Shown: piece after piece, positions 47,773 through 59,177 of the stretch
Layout of the letters: each line of letters begins with the position of its first letter
Numbering within the stretch: position 1 is the first letter of the stretch
Assembly: GCA_013204405.1 (NCBI GenBank)
Contig: JABMNX010000040.1
Span: forward strand, 1,046 to 65,045
Direction of reading: 5' to 3'
Source: Candidatus Kaiserbacteria bacterium
GTDB taxonomy: Bacteria; Patescibacteriota; Minisyncoccia; Phycocordibacterales; JABMNX01
Length of the DNA stretch: 64,000 bases
Program-made: the position numbers and the translations under genes
The notes under the pieces: generated by a model
Told to the model about the DNA's origin: nothing
Databases searched by the model: none
Seen by the model: the letters and a program-made list of their open reading frames with translations, nothing else

Positions 47773-48732
47773 ATGTCAGACTATAATGTAGCACTTCCAT
47801 CTAAACCACGAATTGTTTCCGAAAAAGAGTTCGGTGGTGTATATGAAATTGATGGTCTTTACCCTGGGTATGGACACACTCTTGGTAACTCACTTCGACG
47901 AATTATCCTTTCTTCATTACCAGGAGCTGCAATTACTTCAGTAAAGATTGATGGGGTACAGCACGAATTTTCAACAATCGAGGGGGTTAAAGAAGATGTT
48001 ATTACAATTCTTCTTAATCTTAAGCGGGTACGAATTCAGATGCTTTCTGATGAACCGCAGCAGATGAAAATAAATATAAAAGGAGCTAAAGTGGTTACCG
48101 CTGCTGATATTGAAATCCCTGGACAGGTACAGATTCTTAACCCAGAACAGCCAATTGCTGAGGTCACGGGGAAGAATTCAAACCTATCTATAGAAATGAC
48201 AGTAGAGCGAGGACTCGGGTATGTTGCTAAAGAAGTGCTTCAAAAAGACCGTGTAGAAGTTGGTGTTATTTCTCTTGATGCAGTTTTCACACCAATTCGT
48301 CGAGTTAACTACGAAGTAGAAAACATGCGTATTGGAGACCAAACAGATTTCAACCGACTTCGAATATTTATTGAGACTGATGGAACTGTTACTGCAAAGG
48401 AGGCACTAGAGAAATCAATAGAGATAATGATTAACCAACTCAAAGCAATTGTTGGTTTCAAAGAAGAGATTGAGCTTCCTGAGGAGACTCTAGTAGAAGA
48501 AGAGCCAGAAGAAGAAAAGAAAGAAGTTGATTCAGAGTTTCTTAAGACACGTATTGACGATCTTGACCTCTCAGCACGAACAACTAACTCATTAGAGAGT
48601 GCAAATATCCGTACTGTTGGAGGTCTTGTTCGCAAACGGGAGGAAGATATTCTTTCAATTGAAGGGATAGGACAAAAAGGGTTACAAGAAATTAAACGAG
48701 CATTAAGCAACTTTGGAGTTACTCTTAAGTAA
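47773..48732 (+). CDS. rpoA: RNA polymerase alpha subunit
   Basis: GYGHTLGNSLRRIILSSLPG, HEFSTIEGVKED and the alpha-CTD. Confidence 0.97.
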   Translation: MSDYNVALPSKPRIVSEKEFGGVYEIDGLYPGYGHTLGNSLRRIILSSLPGAAITSVKIDGVQHEFSTIEGVKEDVITILLNLKRVRIQMLSDEPQQMKINIKGAKVVTAADIEIPGQVQILNPEQPIAEVTGKNSNLSIEMTVERGLGYVAKEVLQKDRVEVGVISLDAVFTPIRRVNYEVENMRIGDQTDFNRLRIFIETDGTVTAKEALEKSIEIMINQLKAIVGFKEEIELPEETLVEEEPEEEKKEVDSEFLKTRIDDLDLSARTTNSLESANIRTVGGLVRKREEDILSIEGIGQKGLQEIKRALSNFGVTLK

Positions 48733-48750
48733 CCAATTAAATAAAGTATT

Positions 48751-49104
48751 ATGAAACACAAAGCGCACGGAAGAAAATTTGGAAGAGTACGAAAAGTTAG
48801 GGTTGCCTTAATCCGTTCTCTTCTGCGTGCACTAATTCTTCACGGGAAAATCGAAACTACTGAGGCAAAAGCAAAAGAGATACAACGTTCTGTTGAAAAA
48901 CTTATTACAAAGAGTAATAAAGGGACTCTTGCATCATACAGGGGAGTTATCTCTGTACTTGGAGGGGAAGAACGAGTAGCTAAAATGCTTAAAGAGGAAG
49001 TTGCTCCCAAATACACTGAACGGGAAGGTGGGTATACCCGAATTACAAAAATTCATGTACCATCTCATGATGCACGTAAACGTGCAGTAATCGAATTCGT
49101 ATAA
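48751..49104 (+). CDS. rplQ: 50S ribosomal protein L17
   Basis: IETTEAKAKE and GGYTRI. Confidence 0.95.
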   Translation: MKHKAHGRKFGRVRKVRVALIRSLLRALILHGKIETTEAKAKEIQRSVEKLITKSNKGTLASYRGVISVLGGEERVAKMLKEEVAPKYTEREGGYTRITKIHVPSHDARKRAVIEFV

Positions 49105-49108
49105 GCTT

Positions 49109-49450
49109 ATGGAATACACAATAGACGCAAAAGGAAAAAAATTAGGACGAGTTGCAAGTGAAGCAGCGCATGTTCTTATGGGTAAGGACACTCCTTCTTT
49201 TGAAAAACACACTGTTGCTGATGTGACAGTTACTGTTATGAACAGTGATGCTTTACTTATAACCCCTAAAAAGGCCTTAACTAAAATTTATACACACTAC
49301 ACAGGGCATCCAGGAGGACTCCGAAAACAGACTCTTGAAAAAATAAAAGAATCTAAAGGTATGGAAGAGGTGATACGCAAGGCTGTTTATGGTATGCTTC
49401 CGGGGAACAAATTACGAGCACAGATGATGAAACATCTAATTATCAAATAA
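49109..49450 (+). CDS. rplM: 50S ribosomal protein L13 (short form)
   Basis: [22 protein letters not shown] and AVYGMLP. Confidence 0.94.
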   Translation: MEYTIDAKGKKLGRVASEAAHVLMGKDTPSFEKHTVADVTVTVMNSDALLITPKKALTKIYTHYTGHPGGLRKQTLEKIKESKGMEEVIRKAVYGMLPGNKLRAQMMKHLIIK

Positions 49451-49457
49451 TACATAC

Positions 49458-49871
49458 ATGGCTGACTTTACACACAAAGAAGAATATATTGAGACTGTCG
49501 GACGTCGAAAGACTGCGTCTGCTCGTGTTCGAATTTCTAAGAGCGAATCAAAGAATGAAGTTGTTATCAATGAGAAGAGTCTTGAAGAACACTTTCCTAC
49601 AAAAGAATTACAGGGTGTTGCTGGAGATGCACTCAAGCACTCATCTGAAGGGGATACATTTAAAGTAACAGCAATCATTAGAGGTGGTGGTATTCATGCC
49701 CAAGCCGAAGCATTGCGCCACGGTATTGCACGTGCGCTTGTTGAATACAATGCAGAATTGCGTAAAGCACTCAAAAAAGCAGGTTTTCTTAAGCGAGATC
49801 CTCGTAAGAAGGAACGAAAGAAATTTGGTCTCAAAAAAGCTCGAAAGTCACCCCAGTGGTCGAAGCGATAG
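49458..49871 (+). CDS. rpsI: 30S ribosomal protein S9
   Basis: [10 protein letters not shown] and [19 protein letters not shown]. Confidence 0.96.
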   Translation: MADFTHKEEYIETVGRRKTASARVRISKSESKNEVVINEKSLEEHFPTKELQGVAGDALKHSSEGDTFKVTAIIRGGGIHAQAEALRHGIARALVEYNAELRKALKKAGFLKRDPRKKERKKFGLKKARKSPQWSKR

Positions 49872-49940
49872 TACACGTTCTCTTAAATTAAGAGAAGTAA
49901 AAACTTACGTTACATTAAGTAACGTAAATGGAATTACCAT

Positions 49941-50516
49941 ATGCCAAAAAAGAAGTTCACAAAAATTGACAATGATAATGACCTGGAACATAATATCACC
50001 GATGATATTGTTCTAGAAGATGATTCTGAGGGTGTTTCTGATAAGATTAAGAAGATTCAGAAAAAGCTCAAGGAGTGTGAGAAAGAACGACAAGAATATC
50101 TCGATGGATGGCAGCGAGCACGGGCTGATGCAGTGAACAAGGAGAAAGAAACTGTGCTAGAACGAGAGCGAGCAGTATCGAGGGCCGAGATAAGGGCCTA
50201 TTCGGAACTTTTCCCAGTACTTGATAGTTTTGATATGGCTTTTTCTAATAAGGAGCTTTGGGAGAAGGTAGACAAGGATTGGCGGGTAGGTATAGAACAC
50301 ATTTACACTCAGGCTATCAGAATCTTTGAGAGTGCTGGAATTTCAACAATAGATGCAGAAGGAGTACTTGATCCACATCTCCACGAACCAATACAAGTTA
50401 AGGAGGTGGATGCCGAGAAGGATGATGGACATATTCTTTCTGTAGTTCAAAAGGGGTATATCAAAGGAGAACTTGTGTTACGTCCAGCAAAGGTAATTAT
50501 TGGAAAATTTAAATAA
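49941..50516 (+). CDS. grpE: Nucleotide exchange factor GrpE
   Basis: WQRARAD, DPHLHE and QKGY...LRPAKV. Confidence 0.93.
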   Translation: MPKKKFTKIDNDNDLEHNITDDIVLEDDSEGVSDKIKKIQKKLKECEKERQEYLDGWQRARADAVNKEKETVLERERAVSRAEIRAYSELFPVLDSFDMAFSNKELWEKVDKDWRVGIEHIYTQAIRIFESAGISTIDAEGVLDPHLHEPIQVKEVDAEKDDGHILSVVQKGYIKGELVLRPAKVIIGKFK

Positions 50517-50539
50517 TTATTAATTTAAGAAAAAATATC

Positions 50540-52459
50540 ATGGGAAAAATTCTAGGAATTGATTTAGGAACAACTAACTCTGCAATGGCATATATCGCAG
50601 GCGGGGAGCCTGTTGTTATTGAGAACGCAGAAGGTAATCGCACAACTCCTTCTGTAGCAGCTATTTCGAAGACTGGTGAGCGTCTTGTTGGAGTCCTCGC
50701 TCGACGTCAAGCTGTAACAAACCCTAAAAATACTATTTATGGAATTAAGCGATTTGTCGGACACCGATATGCAGATGAAGTGGTGAAAAAAGACAAAGAT
50801 ACCCTTCCCTACGAAGTAAAAGAATCAAAAGATGGAGGAGTCCTAATTTCTCTTAATGAAAAAGACTACCGACCCGAGGAAATCTCAGCAATGATTCTAC
50901 AAAAACTCAAGCAAGATGCTGAGGCAAAAATAGGAGAAAAAATCACCGAGGCTATCATCACGGTACCTGCATACTTTGATGATGCACAGAGGAAAGCCAC
51001 TAAAGACGCAGGGAAGATTGCTGGTCTTGATGTGAAGCGTATCATCAACGAACCAACAGCTGCAGCTCTTGCGTATGGATTTAATAAGAAAAAAGATGAA
51101 CAAATCGTGGTCTATGACTTTGGAGGAGGTACGTTTGATGTATCAGTTCTTGAAGTAGGCGATGAAGTAATAGAAGTTAAATCAACTGATGGAGACTCAC
51201 ATATGGGCGGACGAGATATCGACCAGAAAATCATTATGTGGATTGGAGAGGAATTTAAAAAGCAGAGCGGTATAGATATAACAAAGGACCCACTTGCTCT
51301 TCAGCGTCTCGATGAAGCAGCTGAGAAGGCTAAGATGGAACTATCTTCATCTTCTGAAACAGAAATTAACATACCGTTCATCACATCAGATGAGTCTGGT
51401 CCAAAACATCTCTTGCTTAAACTTACTCGATCAACACTCGAACAACTTGCTAAAGAGTACATTGACCGATCTATTGAAATTACCAAACGTGCTATAGAAG
51501 CATCTCCGTTTGAAATTAAAGATATTGACGAAGTGATTCTTGTTGGAGGTCAGACTCGAATGCCTGCAATTGAGGCACGAGTTAAAGAACTTTTTGGAAA
51601 AGAACCCAATAAATCAATCAACCCGGATGAGGTTGTAGCACTTGGTGCTGCACTTCAGGCAGGAATTATGCAAGGGGATGTTAAAGACATTCTTCTTCTT
51701 GACGTGATTCCTCTTTCTCTTGGTATCGAAACTCTAGGAGGAGTGGGTACGAAACTTATAGAACGAAATACAACTATTCCAACTTCAAAATCTCAAACAT
51801 TTTCAACCGCAGCTGACAATCAGACTTCAGTTGAAGTACATATTGTTCAAGGTGAGCGTGCGATGGCAGCAGACAACAAGGACCTTGGGAGATTTATTCT
51901 TGAAGGAGTGCCACCAGCACCCCGTGGAGTACCGCAAGTAGAAGTAACGTTCGATATTGACGCAAACGGAATACTTAACGTTACTGCAAAAGATAAAGCA
52001 TCTGGAAAGGAGCAGTCAATTCGAATTGAGGCAAGTTCAGGGCTTTCTGATGAGGAGGTTAAAAAGATGCAAGAGGATGCAGAAGGTCATGCAGAAGAAG
52101 ACGCAAAGAAAAAAGAGCTTGTTGAAGTAAGAAATGTTGCTGAACAACTTGCGTACACTGCAGAGAGCTCTATCAAGGAGTATGGTGATAAAGTTACTGA
52201 TACTATAAAAGCAGATGTAGAAGAAAAAATTAAAGCAGTACGAGAAGTAAAAGATAAAGACGATGTTGAGGCAATTAAAAAAGCATCAGAAGAACTTTCT
52301 ACTGCTGTCCAAGAGATAGGGAAGGCTATGTCAGAAAACAAAGAAGAAAACAAAGCAGAAGAAGGACAACCAGAAGCCCATGAAGGCGATACATCTACTG
52401 AAACTCCAAACGATTCTCAAGAGGAAGCCACTAAAGAGTCAACTGAAGAAAACAAGTAG
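50540..52459 (+). CDS. dnaK: Chaperone DnaK
   Basis: [15 protein letters not shown] and DFGGGTFD. Confidence 0.98.
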   Translation: MGKILGIDLGTTNSAMAYIAGGEPVVIENAEGNRTTPSVAAISKTGERLVGVLARRQAVTNPKNTIYGIKRFVGHRYADEVVKKDKDTLPYEVKESKDGGVLISLNEKDYRPEEISAMILQKLKQDAEAKIGEKITEAIITVPAYFDDAQRKATKDAGKIAGLDVKRIINEPTAAALAYGFNKKKDEQIVVYDFGGGTFDVSVLEVGDEVIEVKSTDGDSHMGGRDIDQKIIMWIGEEFKKQSGIDITKDPLALQRLDEAAEKAKMELSSSSETEINIPFITSDESGPKHLLLKLTRSTLEQLAKEYIDRSIEITKRAIEASPFEIKDIDEVILVGGQTRMPAIEARVKELFGKEPNKSINPDEVVALGAALQAGIMQGDVKDILLLDVIPLSLGIETLGGVGTKLIERNTTIPTSKSQTFSTAADNQTSVEVHIVQGERAMAADNKDLGRFILEGVPPAPRGVPQVEVTFDIDANGILNVTAKDKASGKEQSIRIEASSGLSDEEVKKMQEDAEGHAEEDAKKKELVEVRNVAEQLAYTAESSIKEYGDKVTDTIKADVEEKIKAVREVKDKDDVEAIKKASEELSTAVQEIGKAMSENKEENKAEEGQPEAHEGDTSTETPNDSQEEATKESTEENK

Positions 52460-52506
52460 TTAATCTCGGTGCTTGTTTTTAGTGTTAAGACGAGTACAAT
52501 AGTTTC

Positions 52507-53595
52507 ATGCAGAAGGACTACTACAAGACATTACAAGTTGCAAAGAATGCAACAAAAGATGAAATTAAAAAAGCATTCCGCACTCTAGCTCACAAGTATC
52601 ACCCAGATAAACAAACTGGAGATGAGGCAAAATTTAAAGAAATAAGTGAGGCGTATAGTGTGCTTTCAGATGATAAGAAACGTGCTGAGTATGACTCATA
52701 TGGACGGGTCTTTTCTGGCGGCGGATCAGCAGGAGGAGGGCAACAAGGACAGGGATTTGGAGGATTTGATTTTTCTGGATTTCAAGGAGGATTTGGGCAA
52801 GGTGGTTTTGAAGGTGTTGATTTGGGAGATATTTTTGGAGATATTTTCGGAGGAGGTAGGGGTGGTATACAGCGAGGAAGGGATATTTCTATTGATTTAG
52901 AGATTTCTTTTAAAGAGGCGGTATTTGGTGTTGAACGGCGGGTTCTACTCACCAAGACTTCTGTCTGTGACAGTTGTAGTGGTACTGGTGCAGAGAAAGG
53001 TTCTGAACTTGAAACATGTAAGGGATGTAATGGGAACGGAAAAGTTCATGAAAGTAAATCTTCTGTGTTCGGCACATTTACCAGTGTTCGTGCATGTGGA
53101 GAATGTCACGGTACTGGGAAAGTTCCTAAAGAAAAATGTAAAACATGTAAGGGAGCACGAGTTGCTCGAAAAGAAGAAGAGGTGGTTATCCGAGTCCCAT
53201 CAGGTATTAATAATGGAGAAATGATTCGTTTAACTGGTGGCGGAGAGGCTGTTGCTGGCGGAGATACTGGAGACCTTTATATAAAAATTCATGTACATCA
53301 AGATAAAAACTTCCACAAAGAAGGGAGTAATCTCATAACATCTCTTTCAGTAAAACTTACTGACGCGCTCTTAGGTGGGGAATACACACTACAAACTCTT
53401 GACGGAGATGCTATTGTTGTAAAAGTACCTCAAGGCGTTTCGTTTGGAGAAATTATCCGAGTTAAAGGACGAGGTGTTCCCTCATCTTTAAGTTCTCGCG
53501 GCGACCTTCTGATAAAAATCTTGATTGATATGCCAAAGAAGTTAAGTAAGAAATCAAAAGACGCAATTGGGGAACTCAAACAGGAGGGTATTTAG
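52507..53595 (+). CDS. dnaJ: Chaperone DnaJ
   Basis: HPD motif, G/F-rich region and four CxxCxGxG-type repeats. Confidence 0.97.
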   Translation: MQKDYYKTLQVAKNATKDEIKKAFRTLAHKYHPDKQTGDEAKFKEISEAYSVLSDDKKRAEYDSYGRVFSGGGSAGGGQQGQGFGGFDFSGFQGGFGQGGFEGVDLGDIFGDIFGGGRGGIQRGRDISIDLEISFKEAVFGVERRVLLTKTSVCDSCSGTGAEKGSELETCKGCNGNGKVHESKSSVFGTFTSVRACGECHGTGKVPKEKCKTCKGARVARKEEEVVIRVPSGINNGEMIRLTGGGEAVAGGDTGDLYIKIHVHQDKNFHKEGSNLITSLSVKLTDALLGGEYTLQTLDGDAIVVKVPQGVSFGEIIRVKGRGVPSSLSSRGDLLIKILIDMPKKLSKKSKDAIGELKQEGI

Positions 53596-53620
53596 TTAGA
53601 AGTAATATACATTAGTGTTT

Positions 53621-54118
53621 ATGGATTTCTTTAACACACTATCTGGAGCGATTACAACGGATATTATTATTATATTTGTAGTCTTTACCTTTTTATTTCT
53701 ATTTAGTGTTCGGTATGGAAAAAGTAGCAGTACATCACTTCTTCTTTCTCTTTACGTTGGGATTCTGACATTTCTCAGTTTTCCATACTTAGAAGAGGCA
53801 ACATTTTTAAAAAGTTCTGAAGTGCAGGTAACTATTTCTCATATTGTATTATTTCTTGTTCTAGTATTTATGATTCATTCTGTCGTTCGTAGGTTTATCT
53901 TTACCGAGTACTCAGGTAGTGGGTTTCTAAAGTACGGCGAGATGACGATTCTATCAGGAGTGACAACAGCACTTTTATTTGCATTCGCGTATCATACAAT
54001 CCCGCTCGCAACACTTTATGATTTTGGAGACTCTATAGATAGTCTTTTTTCATCCCAGTATTTCTTCTGGTGGCTTGTAGCTCCCATGGCCGCACTTCTG
54101 TTAGTCTCTCGTGAATAA
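53621..54118 (+). CDS. Hypothetical membrane protein
   Basis: About 5 TM helices. Confidence 0.6.
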   Translation: MDFFNTLSGAITTDIIIIFVVFTFLFLFSVRYGKSSSTSLLLSLYVGILTFLSFPYLEEATFLKSSEVQVTISHIVLFLVLVFMIHSVVRRFIFTEYSGSGFLKYGEMTILSGVTTALLFAFAYHTIPLATLYDFGDSIDSLFSSQYFFWWLVAPMAALLLVSRE

Positions 54119-54184
54119 GTAAAACTTAGCTACATAACCCATAATTAGCTTCCAAAATCCCCATTTTCTGGTACTATTTTGAGA

Positions 54185-55135
54185 ATGAAAGGAAAGAAAA
54201 GACTTCTCACTGGTTTACAGGCATCAGGAACTCTTCATATAGGAAACTATTTCGGTGCACTTAAGCCATTTGTTGATACGTATGAAGATTATGAGAGCAT
54301 GCTCATGGTTGCTGATTATCATGCGCTTACATCAATAAAGGACGCTTCTTTGTTACGCAGTAATATATTTGATGTCGTTAAGGACTATCTTGCAGTAGGC
54401 ATTGACCCGAAGAAGGCAATTATATTCAAACAATCTGATGTGCTTGAACACACAGAACTTAGTTGGATTTTTAACTGTCTTGTGACAGTACCTTTCTTAA
54501 TGCAGGCCCATGCCTATAAAGATAAAATTGCTAAAGGTCTAGAAGCTAACGCAGGTCTTTTTACATACCCAATGCTTATGGCAGCTGATATTCTACTGTA
54601 TGACACAGATGTCGTACCAGTCGGAGAAGACCAACGACAACATGTCGAATACGCAAGAGAAGCTGCTATGAAATTCAACAATGCTTTTGGTGACACATTC
54701 AGCGCTCCAAAAGAACTAATTCTTGAAGGAGTTGGTACTGTTCCGGGAACAGACGGTTTAAAGATGGCAAAAAGTAGGCCTCAGTACGTTATTCCATTAT
54801 TTGGTAGTAAAGACGAAATTACAAAGGCAGTCATGTCCATTGTCACAGACTCTTCAGCAGATCGTCCTGAGCACGTATATGCAATTCACAAACTCTTTAA
54901 AACTGAAGAAGAGTTAGAGGTTTTATATAAAGAAAAAATGGGAAACTATAAAGATCTTAAAGAAGCACTGATTGAGGATATTGATTCGTATATGTCTCCT
55001 ATTCGCGAAAGACGAATTCACATCACCGATGACGAGGTAAAAAAAGTCTTGGAAGATGGAGGAAAGCGTGCACGAGAAATTGCGCAAAAGAAAATGGAAG
55101 ACGTTCGCAAGAAAATAGGAGTGACAATTAACTAA
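54185..55135 (+). CDS. trpS: Tryptophanyl-tRNA synthetase
   Basis: HIGN, YPMLMAADILLY, PVGEDQRQH and KMAKS. Confidence 0.95.
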   Translation: MKGKKRLLTGLQASGTLHIGNYFGALKPFVDTYEDYESMLMVADYHALTSIKDASLLRSNIFDVVKDYLAVGIDPKKAIIFKQSDVLEHTELSWIFNCLVTVPFLMQAHAYKDKIAKGLEANAGLFTYPMLMAADILLYDTDVVPVGEDQRQHVEYAREAAMKFNNAFGDTFSAPKELILEGVGTVPGTDGLKMAKSRPQYVIPLFGSKDEITKAVMSIVTDSSADRPEHVYAIHKLFKTEEELEVLYKEKMGNYKDLKEALIEDIDSYMSPIRERRIHITDDEVKKVLEDGGKRAREIAQKKMEDVRKKIGVTIN

Positions 55136-55142
55136 TTCAATT

Positions 55143-56435
55143 ATGGAAAGAACATACATACAAAATTTAAAAGATAATGTAGATAAAGAAGTAACCATCT
55201 CTGCTTGGGTTGATGTTGCACGAGACCAAGGAAAGATGGCTTTTTTTGATTTTCGTGATGGAACTGGTTTTGTTCAAGGTGTTGTTTTTGGAAAGCCAGA
55301 CGTACTTGAAGTAGCAAAGAAACTTCGTCCTGAGTGGGTTGTTTCTATAACCGGGAAAGTAAATAAGCGACCAGAGAAAATGGTTAATGAAGGAGTAGAC
55401 AACGGTGACATCGAGCTTGAAATTACGGGGATAGAAGTATTGAGTGAAGCACACGAGCTTCCATTTGATAAAGATACTGAACTCAATATTGATACATATC
55501 TCGATAACATGCCACTTACACTGCGGTCAGAAAAAGCGAGAAAGACATTTAAGACACAAGCAAATATTATAAAAGCGTATAGAGAAATACTTAATGAAAA
55601 AGGGTTCACTGAGTTCCAAGCACCAAAACTAGTTGGAGATGATGCTGAAGGAGGCGGTAACGTGTTTAAGGTAGAGTACTTTAAAGACAAAGACGCATAC
55701 CTCGCAACAAGTCCACAGCTTTACAAACAGATTATGGTTGGAGTATTCGAAAAAGTTTTTTCTACAGGAAATGTTTTTCGGGCAGAGAAACACAGCACAA
55801 CACGACACCTAAACGAGTACACGAGTCTTGATGCAGAGTTTGGATTTATTAAAGACCACACAGATGTTATGGCTGTATTAACAGATGTAATGAAACACAT
55901 CAATAAATCTATAGACGGTGATTTGAAAATTCCAGAAGAGATACCTGTTATGAAATTGCGTGAAGCTCAAGCGCTTATCTCAAAAGAAACAGGAGAAGAC
56001 TGTACTGAGGAACCGGACCTAGAACCAGCACATGAGCGGTGGTTATCTGAATACGCACTCAAAGAATTTAATTCAGATTTTATATTCATCACACACTATC
56101 CAGTATCAAAACGGCCATTCTACACATATGAAGACGAGGATGATAAAGGATTTACCAAGAGTTTTGACCTTCTGTTGCGAGGAGTTGAAATAACAACAGG
56201 AGGGCAGCGAGTTCACAATTACGATGAATATTTAAGAAAGTTAAAAGAGAAAGGTCTCAACCCAGAAGGATTTTCATTTTATCTACAGGCCTTTAAAAAT
56301 GGTATGCCACCTCACGGTGGATGGGGGATGGGACTAGAACGTCTTACACAAAAAATACTTAACCTAGATAACGTGAAAGAAGCAACGCTTTTCCCGAGAG
56401 AAATGAACCGAATTGATACACTGTTAACCGACTAA
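55143..56435 (+). CDS. aspS: Aspartyl-tRNA synthetase, archaeal-like non-discriminating type
   Basis: OB fold, SPQLYKQ, FRAEKHSTTRHLNE and GMPPHGGWGMGLER; no GAD insert. Confidence 0.9.
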   Translation: MERTYIQNLKDNVDKEVTISAWVDVARDQGKMAFFDFRDGTGFVQGVVFGKPDVLEVAKKLRPEWVVSITGKVNKRPEKMVNEGVDNGDIELEITGIEVLSEAHELPFDKDTELNIDTYLDNMPLTLRSEKARKTFKTQANIIKAYREILNEKGFTEFQAPKLVGDDAEGGGNVFKVEYFKDKDAYLATSPQLYKQIMVGVFEKVFSTGNVFRAEKHSTTRHLNEYTSLDAEFGFIKDHTDVMAVLTDVMKHINKSIDGDLKIPEEIPVMKLREAQALISKETGEDCTEEPDLEPAHERWLSEYALKEFNSDFIFITHYPVSKRPFYTYEDEDDKGFTKSFDLLLRGVEITTGGQRVHNYDEYLRKLKEKGLNPEGFSFYLQAFKNGMPPHGGWGMGLERLTQKILNLDNVKEATLFPREMNRIDTLLTD

Positions 56436-56445
56436 ATATACCAAA

Positions 56446-57849
56446 ATGAAAATAACTACAGAGACCAAAAAAGCAGGAACACTGCCAAAGAAAATTGTTA
56501 AAGTAACTCTTACAGAAAAGAATCAAACACGATTTATTGAAGACGCCGAGGGCTCAACAAGTATAGAAATAAAAATAAATAAAAACGATAAGAATAACTT
56601 AAGAAAATTTATTAAGGTTGTTCGTAAAGTGGTACGAACCGCTAAACAGTATAAGGTAGAACAAATTGCTATTAATATTGATGAGTTTAGTCAGATAACA
56701 GAGCTAACCGGAAAAGAGCTTGGCTCAATAGTTGTACAAAACTTAGAGATGGCTAGTTATGAGTTTCGTGATTTTAAAACAAAACCAAAAGACGGTTGGA
56801 AAGATTTAGAAAAAGTAATTATTTCAAATGTTTCTCAAAAGACAGTTAAAGATGGAATTTCTGAGGGAAAGAAAATCGGAGAAATGGTGAACGAATGTCG
56901 TATGATTTCAAATACTCCAGGAGGAGACATGACTCCACAAATTCTTGCAGGACATGCAAAACGACTTTCTAAAAACACGACTATAAAAACAACAGTTCTT
57001 GGGGAGAAAGAAATGGAGAAATTAAAAATGGGAGCGATTCTAGGAGTTTCTAAAGGTTCTCCAGAAGAATCCAAGTTTATAATCATGGACTATAAGGGAG
57101 GCAAGAAAGGGGAGCGTCCTATAGTACTTGTTGGAAAAGGAGTAACGTTTGATACAGGGGGGCTTAATATAAAGGGAGGGGATGGTATGTTAGGAATGCA
57201 CTTCGACATGTCTGGTGGAGCATCTGTTATAGCGACACTTTCTCTAGTCGCACAGCTTAAATTAAAGAAAAATGTTATTGGACTTATTCCTTCTGTTGAA
57301 AACATGGTTTCAGGAAGTGCGTTTCGTCCAGGAGATGTTCTTAAGTCTATGTCAGGAAAAACCATTGAGGTTCTTAACACAGATGCAGAAGGGCGGCTCA
57401 TATTAGCTGATGCACTTACGTATGCTAAAAAGTTTAACCCGAGAGCTGTTATTGATGTTGCGACACTAACAGGAGCTTCTTTAGTTGCGTTAGGGCAAAA
57501 TGCTTCAGCAATAATGACAAGGAGTAAAAAACTACAAGATACTCTTGAGGAATTAGGAGAAAAATCTGGTGACTATGTATGGCCACTACCTCTATGGGAA
57601 GAGTATGAAGCTGATGTAAAAGGGCAGATTGCAGACGTTGCAAACCTTGGAACTAAAAACCCACGTAATGGTGGCTCTATTAACGGAGGGATTTTTCTTT
57701 TACAGTTTGTAAAAGATTATCCAAAAGACTGTGTATGGGCACATATTGATATGGCACCGCGTATGACAACAATCCCAAGCGACAATCTTTCAACCGGAGC
57801 AGCAGGGGAACCAGTTCGATTATTGACTCAATTCGTTAAGGAATACTAA
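56446..57849 (+). CDS. pepA: M17 leucyl aminopeptidase
   Basis: VGKGVTFDTGG, DMSG and NTDAEGRL. Confidence 0.95.
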   Translation: MKITTETKKAGTLPKKIVKVTLTEKNQTRFIEDAEGSTSIEIKINKNDKNNLRKFIKVVRKVVRTAKQYKVEQIAINIDEFSQITELTGKELGSIVVQNLEMASYEFRDFKTKPKDGWKDLEKVIISNVSQKTVKDGISEGKKIGEMVNECRMISNTPGGDMTPQILAGHAKRLSKNTTIKTTVLGEKEMEKLKMGAILGVSKGSPEESKFIIMDYKGGKKGERPIVLVGKGVTFDTGGLNIKGGDGMLGMHFDMSGGASVIATLSLVAQLKLKKNVIGLIPSVENMVSGSAFRPGDVLKSMSGKTIEVLNTDAEGRLILADALTYAKKFNPRAVIDVATLTGASLVALGQNASAIMTRSKKLQDTLEELGEKSGDYVWPLPLWEEYEADVKGQIADVANLGTKNPRNGGSINGGIFLLQFVKDYPKDCVWAHIDMAPRMTTIPSDNLSTGAAGEPVRLLTQFVKEY

Positions 57850-57861
57850 TTTTAATTACTA

Positions 57862-58608
57862 ATGAGAGCAACTGAAGAAACAGCAAAAGATTTTAAAGTA
57901 ACATTTGAAGGGTTTGAGGGACCGCTCGAACTCCTTCTTTCGTTAATAGAGAAACGGAAACTTCCAATCAATGATGTTTCTCTGGCTTCTGTGACAGACG
58001 ACTACATTAAACACATTGAACAACAGGGACAGTTTCCACTTTCTCAAACATCCCACTTCATACTTATAGCATCAACACTTTTGTTGATTAAATCTAAGTC
58101 TCTGCTTCCAACACTCGACCTGACTTCCGAAGAAGAAGAGAGTATGGAATCTCTTGAGAGACAACTTAAGCTTTATAAACAAAATAAAGAGTTGTCGATT
58201 CACATTGCACGTATGTTTGGGGAACATATTCTTTTTAGTGCAGAAGAAGTAAAAATACTTGACCCTGTTTTTTCTCCTCCTCAAGATGCATCTCTTGGGT
58301 CACTACAAGAGGGGATAGTCCGTGTGCTTCAGAGGTTACCCAAAGTTAATCTTGTTCCAGAAGCAGTAGTTAAAAAAGTAGTGAGTATTGAGGAGATGAT
58401 TGAAAACTTAACAGCTCGAATTACTAAAAATCTTCGCGTGAGCTTTTCAGAATTCTCAAATATAGGGAAAGCAGAAAAAATTGAGGTAATCGTTGGGTTT
58501 TTAGCAATGTTAGAACTTGCAAAGCAAGGTATAATTAGTCTCACGCAAGATAAAACATTTTCAGATATCACCATGGAAACCGACTCTGTTGGTACACCTA
58601 AATACTAG
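57862..58608 (+). CDS. scpA: Segregation/condensation protein A
   Basis: FEGPLELLLSLI, LLLIKSKSLLP and FLAMLEL. Confidence 0.93.
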   Translation: MRATEETAKDFKVTFEGFEGPLELLLSLIEKRKLPINDVSLASVTDDYIKHIEQQGQFPLSQTSHFILIASTLLLIKSKSLLPTLDLTSEEEESMESLERQLKLYKQNKELSIHIARMFGEHILFSAEEVKILDPVFSPPQDASLGSLQEGIVRVLQRLPKVNLVPEAVVKKVVSIEEMIENLTARITKNLRVSFSEFSNIGKAEKIEVIVGFLAMLELAKQGIISLTQDKTFSDITMETDSVGTPKY

Positions 58609-58610
58609 TA

Positions 58611-59177
58611 ATGATGAATATGGATAACCAACCAAACAATCTTTCACAGAAAATAGAAGCAGTGCTCTTTTTTAAGAATGAGCCAGTAAAAAGGAAATGG
58701 CTTGAGACAACACTCAACAAGAGCGCAGATGAGGTCTCCGAGGCCCTTTTAGAGCTTAAAAATGCCCTTTCTTCAAGAGGGGTGACCCTTGTGGAACTTA
58801 ATGACAGTGTGGCACTTCGCACAGCCCCAGAGCACTCCGACACCCTTTTAGAGCTCAGAAAAGATGAACTTTCAAGAGATCTTGGGAAAGCAGGACTTGA
58901 GACTCTTTCAATAATTTTATATCGGTCTCCAATCACTCGTGCTGAAGTTGACTACATTCGTGGAGTAAATTCTACATTCATTATTAGGAACCTTCTTGTG
59001 CGTGGACTGGTCGAAAAAATGTCAAACCCACAAGACGCTCGTAGCTTCTTGTATCAGCCAACCTTTTCATTGCTTTCATTTCTTGGTATACCTAACGTTA
59101 ATGAACTTCCAGAATATGAGGAAGTGCGGAAAGAAATAGACCAGTTTGAAAAAGAACAAAAAGAATATGTCGAATAA
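58611..59177 (+). CDS. scpB: Segregation/condensation protein B
   Basis: IEAVLF and LETLSIILYRSPITRAEVDYIRGV. Confidence 0.93.
   Translation: MMNMDNQPNNLSQKIEAVLFFKNEPVKRKWLETTLNKSADEVSEALLELKNALSSRGVTLVELNDSVALRTAPEHSDTLLELRKDELSRDLGKAGLETLSIILYRSPITRAEVDYIRGVNSTFIIRNLLVRGLVEKMSNPQDARSFLYQPTFSLLSFLGIPNVNELPEYEEVRKEIDQFEKEQKEYVE

Noticed and set aside
54760-54780. KMAKS instead of KMSKS in TrpRS
   Set aside because: A single conservative change with both lysines retained; no evidence of altered function.
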